Assembly: GCA_965368975.1 (NCBI GenBank)
Contig: CBDUPA010000001.1
Span: 1-64,000 of the forward strand
Direction of reading: 5' to 3'
Length of the DNA: 64,000 nucleotides
Source: an uncultured bacterium
GTDB taxonomy: Bacteria > Acidobacteriota > Thermoanaerobaculia > Multivoradales > JAHZIX01
Shown here: piece after piece, positions 1 through 8,497 of the stretch
Layout of the letters: every line of letters begins with the position of its first letter
How positions within the stretch are numbered: the first letter of the stretch is position 1
Notes under the pieces: model-generated
What the model saw: only the letters and a program-made list of their open reading frames with translations
Databases searched by the model: none
What the model was told of the DNA's origin: nothing
Position numbers and translations under genes: made by a program

Positions 1-2723
1 TCCCAGGTGACACCGAAGGACGGCAGGAAGCCTCCCCACGGTTCCTCGACCGGCAGGAAGTGGACGCTGCCATCGGGCAGAACTTCGAACTCCGGGTCGG
101 TATCGAAGCCAGCCACGTTCTTGCGGTCGTAAACGTTCTGAATCTCGAGAAAGAAGCCAAGCACACCGGTGCGGCGCTGCCACTCGCGGCTGGCTCTCAG
201 GTCCAGGCGGTGGTAGGCCGGCAGACGCTCAGCGTTGCGTGGACCGAACACTGGCACCACCTGCACCTCGCCATCCTCGTCATCTTCCAATCGTCCGCTG
301 ATCTCGGTCGTCGGCCAGCCCGTGTGGTAGCGCCACGCCAGGTTGAGGTTCCAGTGTTCCCCCAGCTGTAGGTTGGCGTCGAGGTTGAGCGCGTGCGGTT
401 GGTCGATACGCCGAGGCACGTCGCGACCGGGCTGCACCGCCAACCGGTCAAAAACACGGGCATACGTATAGCTCAGCCACCAATCGACGCGACTGCCGGC
501 GCGTCCGCGTAGAAACAGTTCGAGCCCATAGGCTTCACTGCTCTCCGGCGTCACGAGAAAGCGGTCTGGCTCGACTTCGGGATAGATGCTGATCGGTTCG
601 TAGACGTTCTCGTAGCGCGGCCGCGGATTGGAGATCAATCGGTGATATGCCTCGACACGCAGCAGCAAGTTGGCCCGGCCGCCGAGAAGCTGCTCGTAAC
701 CGAGCACACGCTGCTCGGTGCGCTCGGCCTGGACCAGCTCGTTGATACCGTCTTCCACTTGCAGCTCGTAAGGGCGCTGGCTCTGGTAGAAGAAGCCCCA
801 AGCGGCACGGACGGTACTCGACGGCGACAGAGCGTAGACCAGATTGGCACGCGGGCTGGCATGGCGGTCTCGGGTCAACGTCTGCTCGTCGTAACGCAGC
901 CCCAGTTCGAGGGTCAAACCGTCGCGTGGACGCAAGCGGTCGCTGACGTAGACGCTGTACTGCTCGCCTTCGAGCCGGCGCTGGAAGCGGACGGTTCCAG
1001 TACGTGGCTCGGTACGCAGAGCGGCCAACGGGTCCTCTAGCTCGCGCGCGTTGAAGTAGTCGTAGTCGGTGATCAAGCGGCGAGCCTCGAAGCCCCAGGT
1101 GAGGTAGTGGTCGTCACTGGCCTGGTAGCTCCAGTCCTGCCTGACACCGAGGGCATCCAGCCGCCGCTTGTCGACCAGTGTGAAGCCCGGGATCGCGTCC
1201 CCGGGCTCGTCCAGATCTTCACCGTCGGGGTCGTCGGCTTCAGCGTCGCTGCCGCTCAGCAGGTCAGCCATGGCCAGGACCGCGTCGAGCGCGCTCGCTC
1301 CCGACTCGGGCACGTCCTCCTCCAACTCGATTTCGTTGCCGCGCCGGTCGCGGCGGACGCGACCGGCCGAGACGGCTGTGTCGACGAACAGTCGCGGCCC
1401 GAGAATTGCCTGGTGCGTCAGCCACAAATAAGAGTTGCCGTAGCTGGTCCGGTAATCCTCGATGGTATCCGGCTCGATAGCGTCGAAGTCCAGTGCGTCG
1501 TCGGAGTGCAGGGCACGGATGCCGATCAGTTGCTCGGGACGTGGGCGCAACTCTGCTTTGGCGATGGCATCCCAGTAGCGTGGCTGTTCGCGGCTGCCCA
1601 GAAAGTCGAGCGCCAGGTCGAGGTTGCCGCGCCGCGCCGAGGCGAACCAGTGCCCGCGATCGCTGGCGAAGGTTCCCGAGACGCCGATTTCGGCGCTCAG
1701 AACCCCCAGGCCGAGGTGTGTTCGCGTACTGCTGGGCTGTCGCGTCGTCATGTCCAGCACACCGCTCATGCGGTCCCCGTACTGCGCCGGGAAGCCACCG
1801 GTCATCAGGTTGACTTCGCGCAGCGCGCTCGGCGCGATGATGCTCAGCGAGCTGCTGTAGTCCTTCATGTGGTAGGGCTCGAACAGTTCGACCTGATCGA
1901 GCAGCACCAGGACTTCGTCGCCATGACCACCCCGGACGTGGAAGCGTGCCGAGACCTCCTCGCCTGCGACGCCGGGCAGGAGCGTGAAAGCGCGGAAGAT
2001 GTCGTCGCCCAAGTGGGGCAGCGCGAAGAGATCGTCGCGGTCCAGTTGCACCGTAGAGACGGGTTCGTCGCGCAGAAGGGTCATCTGGCTCGGTACGACG
2101 ACGATCTGGTCTACCGTCAGCGGCGCCGGTGACAGCTCGAACGCGACGTTCACTACCTCTCCTGGCCGCAAAGGTAGCTCGATATGTTCGACCACGAATC
2201 CGGGTAGACGCGCTTCCAGGGTCAGCGTACCTGCCGGCAGCAGGCGCACAGGAATATTCGGCAACTGGAACCGGCCCTCGCTGTCGCTGAGCGTCGAGTG
2301 GCGCGTGCCTGGAATCAGGACACGCACGCCGCGCACACCGGCTCCGCTATCGCCGTCGAGGGTGCGCCCACGCACGCTGACCGGGCGCGGTGGCGCCTTG
2401 ACCACGATCAAGCGGTCACCGGGTCCCGGCTCGACTGTTAGATCGTGGGCACTCAGCAACTCTGTGAGCACCACGCGCGGATCGCTGGCCTTCGGCTCCT
2501 GCTCTACGCGCAGCTCCGGCTTCACGGTCTGGCTGGTAAAGACGATGCGCAGGCCACGCGCCTGTAGGGCCTGTAGCGCTTCCGTCAGCGGCAGACCGGC
2601 ATAGCGAAAGCCGCTGTCGGCATTCTGTGCCAGGCTCAGTGATGGTCCTGGCAGGAGAAGCAATGTCATTGCCAGCGCTCGGATCAGCGCGATGCAGATC
2701 TGATCAACGCGAGGCCGAGTCAT
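1..2723 (-). CDS. TonB-dependent receptor/transducer (signal peptide, STN domain, carboxypeptidase-regulatory-like domain, plug, barrel); 3' end runs off the window
   Basis: Not in the ORF track because its stop lies outside the window. Manual translation from ATG 2723 (AGGAAGG upstream) gives MTRPRVDQICIALIRALAMTLLLLPGPSLSLAQ...GLPLTEALQALQARGLRIVF (STN-like), SDSEGRFQL, plug-like FHVRGGHGDEVLVLLD. The same frame ends FLPSFGVTWE at the window edge, a typical terminal barrel strand. Confidence 0.9.
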   Translation of the reverse strand, partial: MTRPRVDQICIALIRALAMTLLLLPGPSLSLAQNADSGFRYAGLPLTEALQALQARGLRIVFTSQTVKPELRVEQEPKASDPRVVLTELLSAHDLTVEPGPGDRLIVVKAPPRPVSVRGRTLDGDSGAGVRGVRVLIPGTRHSTLSDSEGRFQLPNIPVRLLPAGTLTLEARLPGFVVEHIELPLRPGEVVNVAFELSPAPLTVDQIVVVPSQMTLLRDEPVSTVQLDRDDLFALPHLGDDIFRAFTLLPGVAGEEVSARFHVRGGHGDEVLVLLDQVELFEPYHMKDYSSSLSIIAPSALREVNLMTGGFPAQYGDRMSGVLDMTTRQPSSTRTHLGLGVLSAEIGVSGTFASDRGHWFASARRGNLDLALDFLGSREQPRYWDAIAKAELRPRPEQLIGIRALHSDDALDFDAIEPDTIEDYRTSYGNSYLWLTHQAILGPRLFVDTAVSAGRVRRDRRGNEIELEEDVPESGASALDAVLAMADLLSGSDAEADDPDGEDLDEPGDAIPGFTLVDKRRLDALGVRQDWSYQASDDHYLTWGFEARRLITDYDYFNARELEDPLAALRTEPRTGTVRFQRRLEGEQYSVYVSDRLRPRDGLTLELGLRYDEQTLTRDRHASPRANLVYALSPSSTVRAAWGFFYQSQRPYELQVEDGINELVQAERTEQRVLGYEQLLGGRANLLLRVEAYHRLISNPRPRYENVYEPISIYPEVEPDRFLVTPESSEAYGLELFLRGRAGSRVDWWLSYTYARVFDRLAVQPGRDVPRRIDQPHALNLDANLQLGEHWNLNLAWRYHTGWPTTEISGRLEDDEDGEVQVVPVFGPRNAERLPAYHRLDLRASREWQRRTGVLGFFLEIQNVYDRKNVAGFDTDPEFEVLPDGSVHFLPVEEPWGGFLPSFGVTW

Positions 2724-2764
2724 CCCTAGTCCTTCCTACGAGTGGCAGCTTGCAGCTTTGTGCC

Positions 2765-2806
2765 GCCAGTTTGCCTGTTAGATGCAGGAGCCGCCGGGAT
2801 CCTTCG
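2765..2806 (-). promoter_or_regulatory. Putative ECF-sigma promoter of the TonB-dependent receptor
   Basis: Minus strand reads CGAAGGATCC-N11-GCATCTAAC-N6-ACTGGC. The same three blocks with the same spacing recur at 7421-7462. Confidence 0.75.
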
Positions 2807-2899
2807 TGGAGATCCGTTGGTTGCAGAAAAAAGTCGGCAGTGCAAGGTGCCGCAGTTGCAATGCCCCGGGGCATGCTAGGGTGCAGGCAGGATACAGCA

Positions 2900-5611
2900 A
2901 TGGACCTCGTCGGAACGACAGTTGGACGCATCCGCATCGTCGAGTCCCTGGGCAAGGGCGGTATGGGGGCAGTGTACGCGGGATGGGACGAGAAGCTCAA
3001 GCGCAAGGTGGCGCTGAAAGTCATCCGCGATGACAGGCGCCTGGACGCCGAGGCCAAGGCCCGCTTCCTGCGCGAGGCACGCATCCTGTCGCAGCTCGAC
3101 CACCCCGGGATCTGTCGTCTCTACGAGTTACTCGAAGAGGCGGACACCGACTTCCTGGTGTTGGAGCTGATCGAGGGCAAGAGCCTGAAGCAAGCGCTGG
3201 CCGACGGTCTCGGGGACGGCGCCAAGCTGTTCGTTGCAGAGCGCGTGGCCGAAGCGCTGGCGGCGGCGCACGCCAAGGGTGTCGTCCACCGAGACCTGAA
3301 GCCCGAGAACGTGATGCTGACCAACGATGGCAAGGTCAAGGTGCTCGACTTCGGGCTGGCGCACACGGTCGACAGTCAGCTGGCGGCAGCGATCCATCAA
3401 GAAACGCAGGGCGCCACCGAAACAACCCACGGTAACGTCGCGCCATCGGCTCTGCTGGTGTCGGGCTCGGATTCGGACACTCGGGTCCCGACGCCGATTC
3501 AGCAACCGGACACGACGACGGTTCTGCGCCGACATGGGCCGCAAACGACTGTCGAACCGACGGTGCTCTTCGAGACGCAGCAAGGTACGGTGATGGGTAC
3601 CGTTGCCTATATGAGTCCCGAGCAAGCTCGTGGAGAGCGCGGCACAGCGGCCGGGGATATCTACTCCTTCGGCCTATTGCTACAGGAGTTGTTCACCGGG
3701 GAGTCCCCGTACGGCAAGGGCTTGACGGTCCTCGAGATGCTGTACAAGGCGGCGCGCGCCGAGACGAGCCAAGCGACCGGGGTCGACTCCGACCTGGCGG
3801 CCTGGATCCAGCGCATGAAGTCGGTGGCCCCGGAAGCTCGGCCATCGGCGCGCGAGACACTGGAGCGTCTCTGGTGGATCGGCGGCAAGAGTCGGCGGCG
3901 CTGGCGTCAGGTGGCGGCAGCGGCCCTAGTGACCGCGGCGTTGATGGCGGGCTTGCTCTACGTCTCGAATCTGCGTCAGGAACGCCAGCGGGCCGTCGAA
4001 GCACAGGCTGAGGCGGAGGCGGTTTCGGAGTTCCTGCTCGGTGTCTTCGCCGCTGCCAGCCCGCACGCTGCCCGCGGCCAGGTGGTCACTGCACGTGACC
4101 TGCTGGACGCCGGTAGCGTCCGCATTGATGCAGAGCTTCAGGACCGCCCTGAACGCCAGGCAAGGCTCATGCACACCATGGGGCAGGCCTACCGGCACCT
4201 GGGCTTCCTCGACCGCGCCGAGTCGCTGTTACGGCGCGCGCTGGAACTTCACCAGCAGTCCACCCGGCGCGATGGTGAGTCAGGACGGCTCGACACGGCG
4301 GGATATCTCGACCAACTGGGCAGTCTCTACCATGACCAGGGCCGTTTCGCCGAAGCCGTGCCCCTCTTTCTAGAAGCTCTCGATCTACGCAAGGCGATGT
4401 TGGGTCCTGACCATCTCTTCGTCGCGGAAAGCGCGAACAACCTGGCCTTCCTCTACCGCGCGCAGGGTGACTTGGTGCGTGCTGAGCCGCTGTTCTTACA
4501 GGCGCTGGCGATCCAGGAAGCAAGGATGAGTACCGATGGCCCAGGGAGTGGCCAGACACATCTGGTGCGCAGCCTCAACAACCTTGGTGAACTCTACCGC
4601 CGGCTCGGTAATCCTCAGCGAGCGGAAGCCTACTTGCAGCGGGCGATATCGATGCAGGAAGACGATGCAGCCTTGGACCCGACCGACTTGTCCACCAGCC
4701 TCAACAATCTGGCCAGCGTCTACCACGACCAGGGCGATGTGGCTCGCGCTGAGCCGCTCTATCTGCGCGCCTTGCAACTCGCTGAAGGTGTCTTGGGCTC
4801 CGAGCATCCCCATGTCGCGGCGAGCTTGAACAACATGGCCGAGCTCTACCGTCTCGTGGGCCGGTTCGCCGATGCTGAGCCGCTGTACCTGAGTGCGCTG
4901 GCGATCCAGGAAGCCGCCTTGGGAATGAACCACCCGACCGTGGCCACAACCCTCTCGAACCTCGCCGACCTCTGCCTGGTCCGGGGCGAGGTGGTACGCG
5001 CTGAGTCCCTGTATTCGCGGGCGCTGGCAGCGCAGCAGGCGACGCTGGGCGCCGAGCACCCGGAGGTCGCCACCACGCTGAATCACCAAGCCGATCTGCG
5101 GCTGGCGGTGAACGATCTAGATGCCGCCGAAGGGCTCTACCGGCGCGCGCTTGCGATCCAGGAAGCAACTCTCGGGGTCGGCCACGATGCTGTCGCCTTG
5201 ACGCTGACCGACCTTGCTGCCCTGGCAACGCGACAAGGGCAATTCGAGCAGGCCGAGGCGCTGTACGGACGGGCTCTGGCGAGCCTCTCGGCGCGGGCGG
5301 CTGAAGCCTTCGACGGGCGACGCGAGATTGCACGGCTGGCCGCAGCCCGGCTGGGCCTGGGACGCCTGTACAAGGCTACTGGACGCGACGCAAAGGCTGC
5401 CGAGGCTTGGACGCGGGTCGTCGAGGAGATGACTCCGCTGACCTCCAACTCGCGGGTGATGACCGAAGTGCACACCCACGTCATGGCCTTGCACTACCTC
5501 GGAAGGGACCTTGCGGCTGCACCGTTGGCCGAGGTCCTGCAAGTGGCCGGTTGGAAGCATCCGGAGTTCCTGGGTTCACAGCTCCCAGGACCGCCACTCA
5601 GCGGTCGATGA
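2900..5611 (+). CDS. Hanks-type Ser/Thr protein kinase with a transmembrane helix and C-terminal TPR repeats
   Basis: LGKGGMGAVY, VALK, HRDLKPEN, DFG, GTVAYMSPEQ; hydrophobic AAAALVTAALMAGLLYV; repeated SLNNLA..Y..G...AEPLY.RAL units. Start placed at ATG 2900 (MDLVGTTVGRIRI) rather than 2627. Confidence 0.93.
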   Translation: MDLVGTTVGRIRIVESLGKGGMGAVYAGWDEKLKRKVALKVIRDDRRLDAEAKARFLREARILSQLDHPGICRLYELLEEADTDFLVLELIEGKSLKQALADGLGDGAKLFVAERVAEALAAAHAKGVVHRDLKPENVMLTNDGKVKVLDFGLAHTVDSQLAAAIHQETQGATETTHGNVAPSALLVSGSDSDTRVPTPIQQPDTTTVLRRHGPQTTVEPTVLFETQQGTVMGTVAYMSPEQARGERGTAAGDIYSFGLLLQELFTGESPYGKGLTVLEMLYKAARAETSQATGVDSDLAAWIQRMKSVAPEARPSARETLERLWWIGGKSRRRWRQVAAAALVTAALMAGLLYVSNLRQERQRAVEAQAEAEAVSEFLLGVFAAASPHAARGQVVTARDLLDAGSVRIDAELQDRPERQARLMHTMGQAYRHLGFLDRAESLLRRALELHQQSTRRDGESGRLDTAGYLDQLGSLYHDQGRFAEAVPLFLEALDLRKAMLGPDHLFVAESANNLAFLYRAQGDLVRAEPLFLQALAIQEARMSTDGPGSGQTHLVRSLNNLGELYRRLGNPQRAEAYLQRAISMQEDDAALDPTDLSTSLNNLASVYHDQGDVARAEPLYLRALQLAEGVLGSEHPHVAASLNNMAELYRLVGRFADAEPLYLSALAIQEAALGMNHPTVATTLSNLADLCLVRGEVVRAESLYSRALAAQQATLGAEHPEVATTLNHQADLRLAVNDLDAAEGLYRRALAIQEATLGVGHDAVALTLTDLAALATRQGQFEQAEALYGRALASLSARAAEAFDGRREIARLAAARLGLGRLYKATGRDAKAAEAWTRVVEEMTPLTSNSRVMTEVHTHVMALHYLGRDLAAAPLAEVLQVAGWKHPEFLGSQLPGPPLSGR

Positions 5612-6683
5612 TCAGGGTACCGGGTTCGAGACGGTAGGTCAGTCCGCTCCCAATCATCACCACTTCCAACACCTCCTCAGGTGTCAGTCCTTCGAAAGGC
5701 GCGTAGACCTGGATCTTGGTTGCCGCCTGCTGCAAGCGCGGATCTTGGTAGAGCAACTGCCAACCGGTTTCGCGCCTCAACCAGTGCAGGACCTCGATCA
5801 GCGACTGTCCTTCGATACTCGGCACCGGCGCCGCTGCGAACACCCAGTTCCAGGCGTCGCCGTAGGGGGCTACCGTGGTGTGCTCCATGGCTCCGCTCCG
5901 CTGCAGCTTCAGCTCCTCGCCGTCTACTGCAATGTGAACCTCGTCACCGACACCCAGAGTCGCCATTCCTTCGCGCACGCGTACGCGAAGCGCCGCGTCA
6001 CCCGCGTCCAAGCGAACCTCGAACTGCGTTCCGATGTCGCGCACCAAGCCGTAGATCGTCTCGATCTCAATCCCGCCTTCAACGGTTTCGGACTCTGGGT
6101 CAGAGCCGGCTGGGCGAAGACCCTCAGAGTCGAAGTACACCGCACCATGTAGGAGTTCTACACGCCTTGATGACAGCAAGCGGACTCGGGAACCGGCATC
6201 GAGACGCAGAGATCCGCCCGCCACCCGCAGAGCCACGTGCACAGGTTCGGAAGCCGCACCTGTCCGAGTGTCCAGCACCGCACCCACCGGCAGCTGCGCT
6301 CCGAGGCTCAGGTCCACGCCGTCGGCACCTTCCACCAGCACAGCCCCCTTGATCACCTCGACGCTTGCCACGAGTTCGGGCTGCGATAGCATCAACCACC
6401 ACCAGCCGCTGAGTGCCACCAGCGTCAAACTCGCCGCGAGTGCCAACCAGGGTTGCCGGCGCAGCCGTCGCGGCACTGTGGCGTTCTGTTCCAGGGGCAC
6501 ACGTCCTACCGCGGCCGGGTCTGGAGTGTCTTGTTCCGCTGCCACTCGTTGTTGCCACGCTTTCCGCGCTGCTCCCCGAATCGCTGCCAGATCTTCCTGC
6601 GGCAGCTCTTGCCGCGCTCCGGCGCTGTGCAGCAGATCGCGGATCTCCTGGTCCTCCGGCGTCACCGTCGTCTGATCATTCAT
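5598..6683 (-). CDS. FecR-family anti-sigma factor / transmembrane sensor
   Basis: ATG 6683 overlaps the sigma stop (ATGA); TM segment WLALAASLTLVALSGWWWL; FecR motifs LRLDAGSRV, LLHGAVYFD, VRDIGTQFEVR, VRVREG; STN-like C-terminus. Confidence 0.88.
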   Translation of the reverse strand: MNDQTTVTPEDQEIRDLLHSAGARQELPQEDLAAIRGAARKAWQQRVAAEQDTPDPAAVGRVPLEQNATVPRRLRRQPWLALAASLTLVALSGWWWLMLSQPELVASVEVIKGAVLVEGADGVDLSLGAQLPVGAVLDTRTGAASEPVHVALRVAGGSLRLDAGSRVRLLSSRRVELLHGAVYFDSEGLRPAGSDPESETVEGGIEIETIYGLVRDIGTQFEVRLDAGDAALRVRVREGMATLGVGDEVHIAVDGEELKLQRSGAMEHTTVAPYGDAWNWVFAAAPVPSIEGQSLIEVLHWLRRETGWQLLYQDPRLQQAATKIQVYAPFEGLTPEEVLEVVMIGSGLTYRLEPGTLIIDR

Positions 6684-7348
6684 GACATCTCCATCCTGCG
6701 CCGCTTCTGACGCCCTTGCTCCAGCGGTGTCACCGTCGCCAGCTTGCCCATCTGTGCGGGCGCCTGTGCCCCAAGGTTCGCCGACGCCACCAGGTGACGG
6801 TACCCCTGTTTGAACGCCACTCGCGCACGCGTCAGCAACGACTCCGCTGCCTTCGTTCCCAGGTCGAGACGCTCGGCGATCTCCTTGACCGGCAGATTGT
6901 GAAAATACTTCCACTCCAGTGCCTTGCCGTAGTGACCTGGCAGCTGGTCGAGTACCAGGTGCACCAGCTCGGCCGATTCCTTGCGTAGCACTGCTCCTTC
7001 CGGCCCGGTTTGTGGTGCTCGCCCTGGAGCGTCCCGCACGGCCCTTTCCGCCTCCTCGAGGGGACGCAGCCGCCCCTGCTTGCGGAAGTGCATCGCAATC
7101 TCGTTGCGGCAGCAAGCACACAGCCAAGTCATCAAAGCCGCCTCGCCTCGAAACGTCTCCAACTTCTCGATCGCCTTGCACACGGTCGACTGTGTCAACT
7201 CTCGCGCCAGATCCCGATCTCCGTCCAACCGCTGGAGAGCAAAGCGCAGCAAGGCCGGAATGTACGCTTCCGAGAACCGCTCGAAGGCGGCTTCGTCGCC
7301 AGCGAGCATGTGGCGTACGAGAACACGGTCTTCGTCTTGGGACGTCAT
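6680..7348 (-). CDS. ECF RNA polymerase sigma factor (FecI-like position)
   Basis: Region 2 GDEAAFERF...TWLCACCRNE; region 4 LDQLP...LEWKY...VKEIAERLDL...ESLLTRAR; translationally coupled to the FecR gene. Confidence 0.92.
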   Translation of the reverse strand: MTSQDEDRVLVRHMLAGDEAAFERFSEAYIPALLRFALQRLDGDRDLARELTQSTVCKAIEKLETFRGEAALMTWLCACCRNEIAMHFRKQGRLRPLEEAERAVRDAPGRAPQTGPEGAVLRKESAELVHLVLDQLPGHYGKALEWKYFHNLPVKEIAERLDLGTKAAESLLTRARVAFKQGYRHLVASANLGAQAPAQMGKLATVTPLEQGRQKRRRMEMS

Positions 7349-7420
7349 CGCACCTTCCTGTCGATTCGTCGCGGTGGCGGGCTGCCGGCTCGTTGGGCCA
7401 GGCGCAGCCGCGCCTACCGT

Positions 7421-7462
7421 GCCAGTCTACGGGTTGGATGCCGAAGGAGCGAGGATCCTTCG
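7421..7462 (-). promoter_or_regulatory. Putative autoregulatory ECF promoter of the sigma-fecR operon
   Basis: Minus strand reads CGAAGGATCC-N11-GCATCCAAC-N6-ACTGGC, matching 2765-2806. Confidence 0.75.
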
Positions 7463-7528
7463 CCGTAGCCTGCACAGGAACGAGATCAGGCTTTGCAGGG
7501 GAGTGCCGTGAGCCCGGGGCAACGGGGG

Positions 7529-8146
7529 TTACCTCGGCCCGTGGACATCGCCCGTCGGGCGCCAAACAGCCCGTTCCGTCACCACCGCCGCCAGCGCAAC
7601 GTCGTGCGGCTCAGCGGGTACGGCGTCGACGAGTTGCAGGTCGAAGGCCAGCCCGATGGCGGCAAAGCGACGGTCTACGAGGAAGCGGTCGAAGTAGCCC
7701 GAGCCATAGCCCAGCCGGTAGCCTCGGCGATCGAAGCCGAGGCCCAACACGAGGGCTACATCGATCTGCTGGTCGAGGTCCTGTTCGGGAACTTCAGGTG
7801 TGCCGCGAGGTGGCTGCTGGAGTCCGAAAGACAGGGTGCGCAAGCTGCACGGGTACCGGTGGACGTGGAGCTGCGTGTCGTTGGCGTCTGCGCGCGGAAC
7901 GTACACCGTTCGTCCGGAGGCCAGGAGGTCTTCCACCAAGTTCCACGTATCGACCTCGTCGCCGAAGGAGAGACAGGTGAGGACACCTTTGGCATGGGCA
8001 ACTTCCGGCAGCTCGAGGAGCCGTTCGGCGATCTGGCCGGCTGCGACCTTCGCTTGTTGCGGGGAGACTTTGGCCAGGCGCTGCTTCAGGCTCGCTCGCA
8101 GGCGTTCCTTCTGCTGAGCCAGCGAGGCCGTTTGGTGACGATGCAT
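7529..8146 (-). CDS. ygfA: 5-formyltetrahydrofolate cyclo-ligase (YgfA family)
   Basis: SFGDEVDT, VYVPR, FGLQQP, GLGFDRRGYRLGYGSGYFDRFL, EPHDV..VVTE motifs. Confidence 0.92.
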   Translation of the reverse strand: MHRHQTASLAQQKERLRASLKQRLAKVSPQQAKVAAGQIAERLLELPEVAHAKGVLTCLSFGDEVDTWNLVEDLLASGRTVYVPRADANDTQLHVHRYPCSLRTLSFGLQQPPRGTPEVPEQDLDQQIDVALVLGLGFDRRGYRLGYGSGYFDRFLVDRRFAAIGLAFDLQLVDAVPAEPHDVALAAVVTERAVWRPTGDVHGPR

Positions 8147-8170
8147 GGACTGGGAAGGGGAAGGAAGGAA

Positions 8171-8246
8171 TGGTGGAGCGGAAGGGATTCGAACCCTCGA
8201 CCCCCACGATGCGAACGTGGTGCTCTCCCAACTGAGCTACCGCCCC
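8171..8246 (-). tRNA. tRNA-Ala (anticodon CGC)
   Basis: GGGGCGG...CCGCTCC-A-CCA cloverleaf with G3:U70; anticodon arm CCACG-TTCGCAT-CGTGG; T-loop TTCGAAT. Confidence 0.97.
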
Positions 8247-8263
8247 ACGGGGTCAGGAGGCGT

Positions 8264-8292
8264 ATTGTAGACGCCGCTCTTGGCTGACGCAA
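8264..8292 (-). promoter_or_regulatory. Sigma70-type promoter of tRNA-Ala
   Basis: TTGCGT-N17-TACAAT on the minus strand just upstream of the tRNA. Confidence 0.7.
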
Positions 8293-8303
8293 GGGGGCTA
8301 CCC

Positions 8304-8363
8304 CAGTTCGACCACCAGTTCGACCACGTGTTCGATAACCTGTTCGACCACCTCTTCGACCAC
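8304..8363. repeat. Five tandem 12-bp units, consensus nnnTTCGACCAC
   Basis: CAGTTCGACCAC CAGTTCGACCAC GTGTTCGATAAC CTGTTCGACCAC CTCTTCGACCAC. Confidence 0.85.
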
Positions 8364-8497
8364 GGAGCCGACTTCGAGATGGCTCGGGACCACGGTGATT
8401 GGGGCAAAATACCGCTGGCGTGAGAAGGATCGTTGGGATCGCTCCATCGTCCAGCCGTAGCGGACTGCTTTGAACCCGTAGCTTCGAGGAGGAGTCA

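Noticed and set aside
1107-2132. Plus-strand ORFs 60..371, 642..1040, 1107..2132 and 1984..2604
   Set aside because: Antisense shadows of the TonB-dependent receptor; no motifs.
2627-2899. N-terminal extension of the kinase ORF
   Set aside because: Overlaps the receptor start and its promoter; kinase similarity begins at ATG 2900.
6684-7565. N-terminal 294 aa of the 655-aa ORF 5598..7565, suggesting a giant FecR or a sigma fusion
   Set aside because: An alternative frame over the sigma gene; the real FecR start is the ATGA-coupled ATG at 6683.
8304-8363. Possible CRISPR array
   Set aside because: Units are 12 bp and contiguous, with no spacers and no cas genes.
8423-8452. AGAAGGATCG-N11-CCATCGTCC as a third copy of the ECF promoter
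   Set aside because: The -10 block matches poorly and the downstream ACTGGC block is absent.
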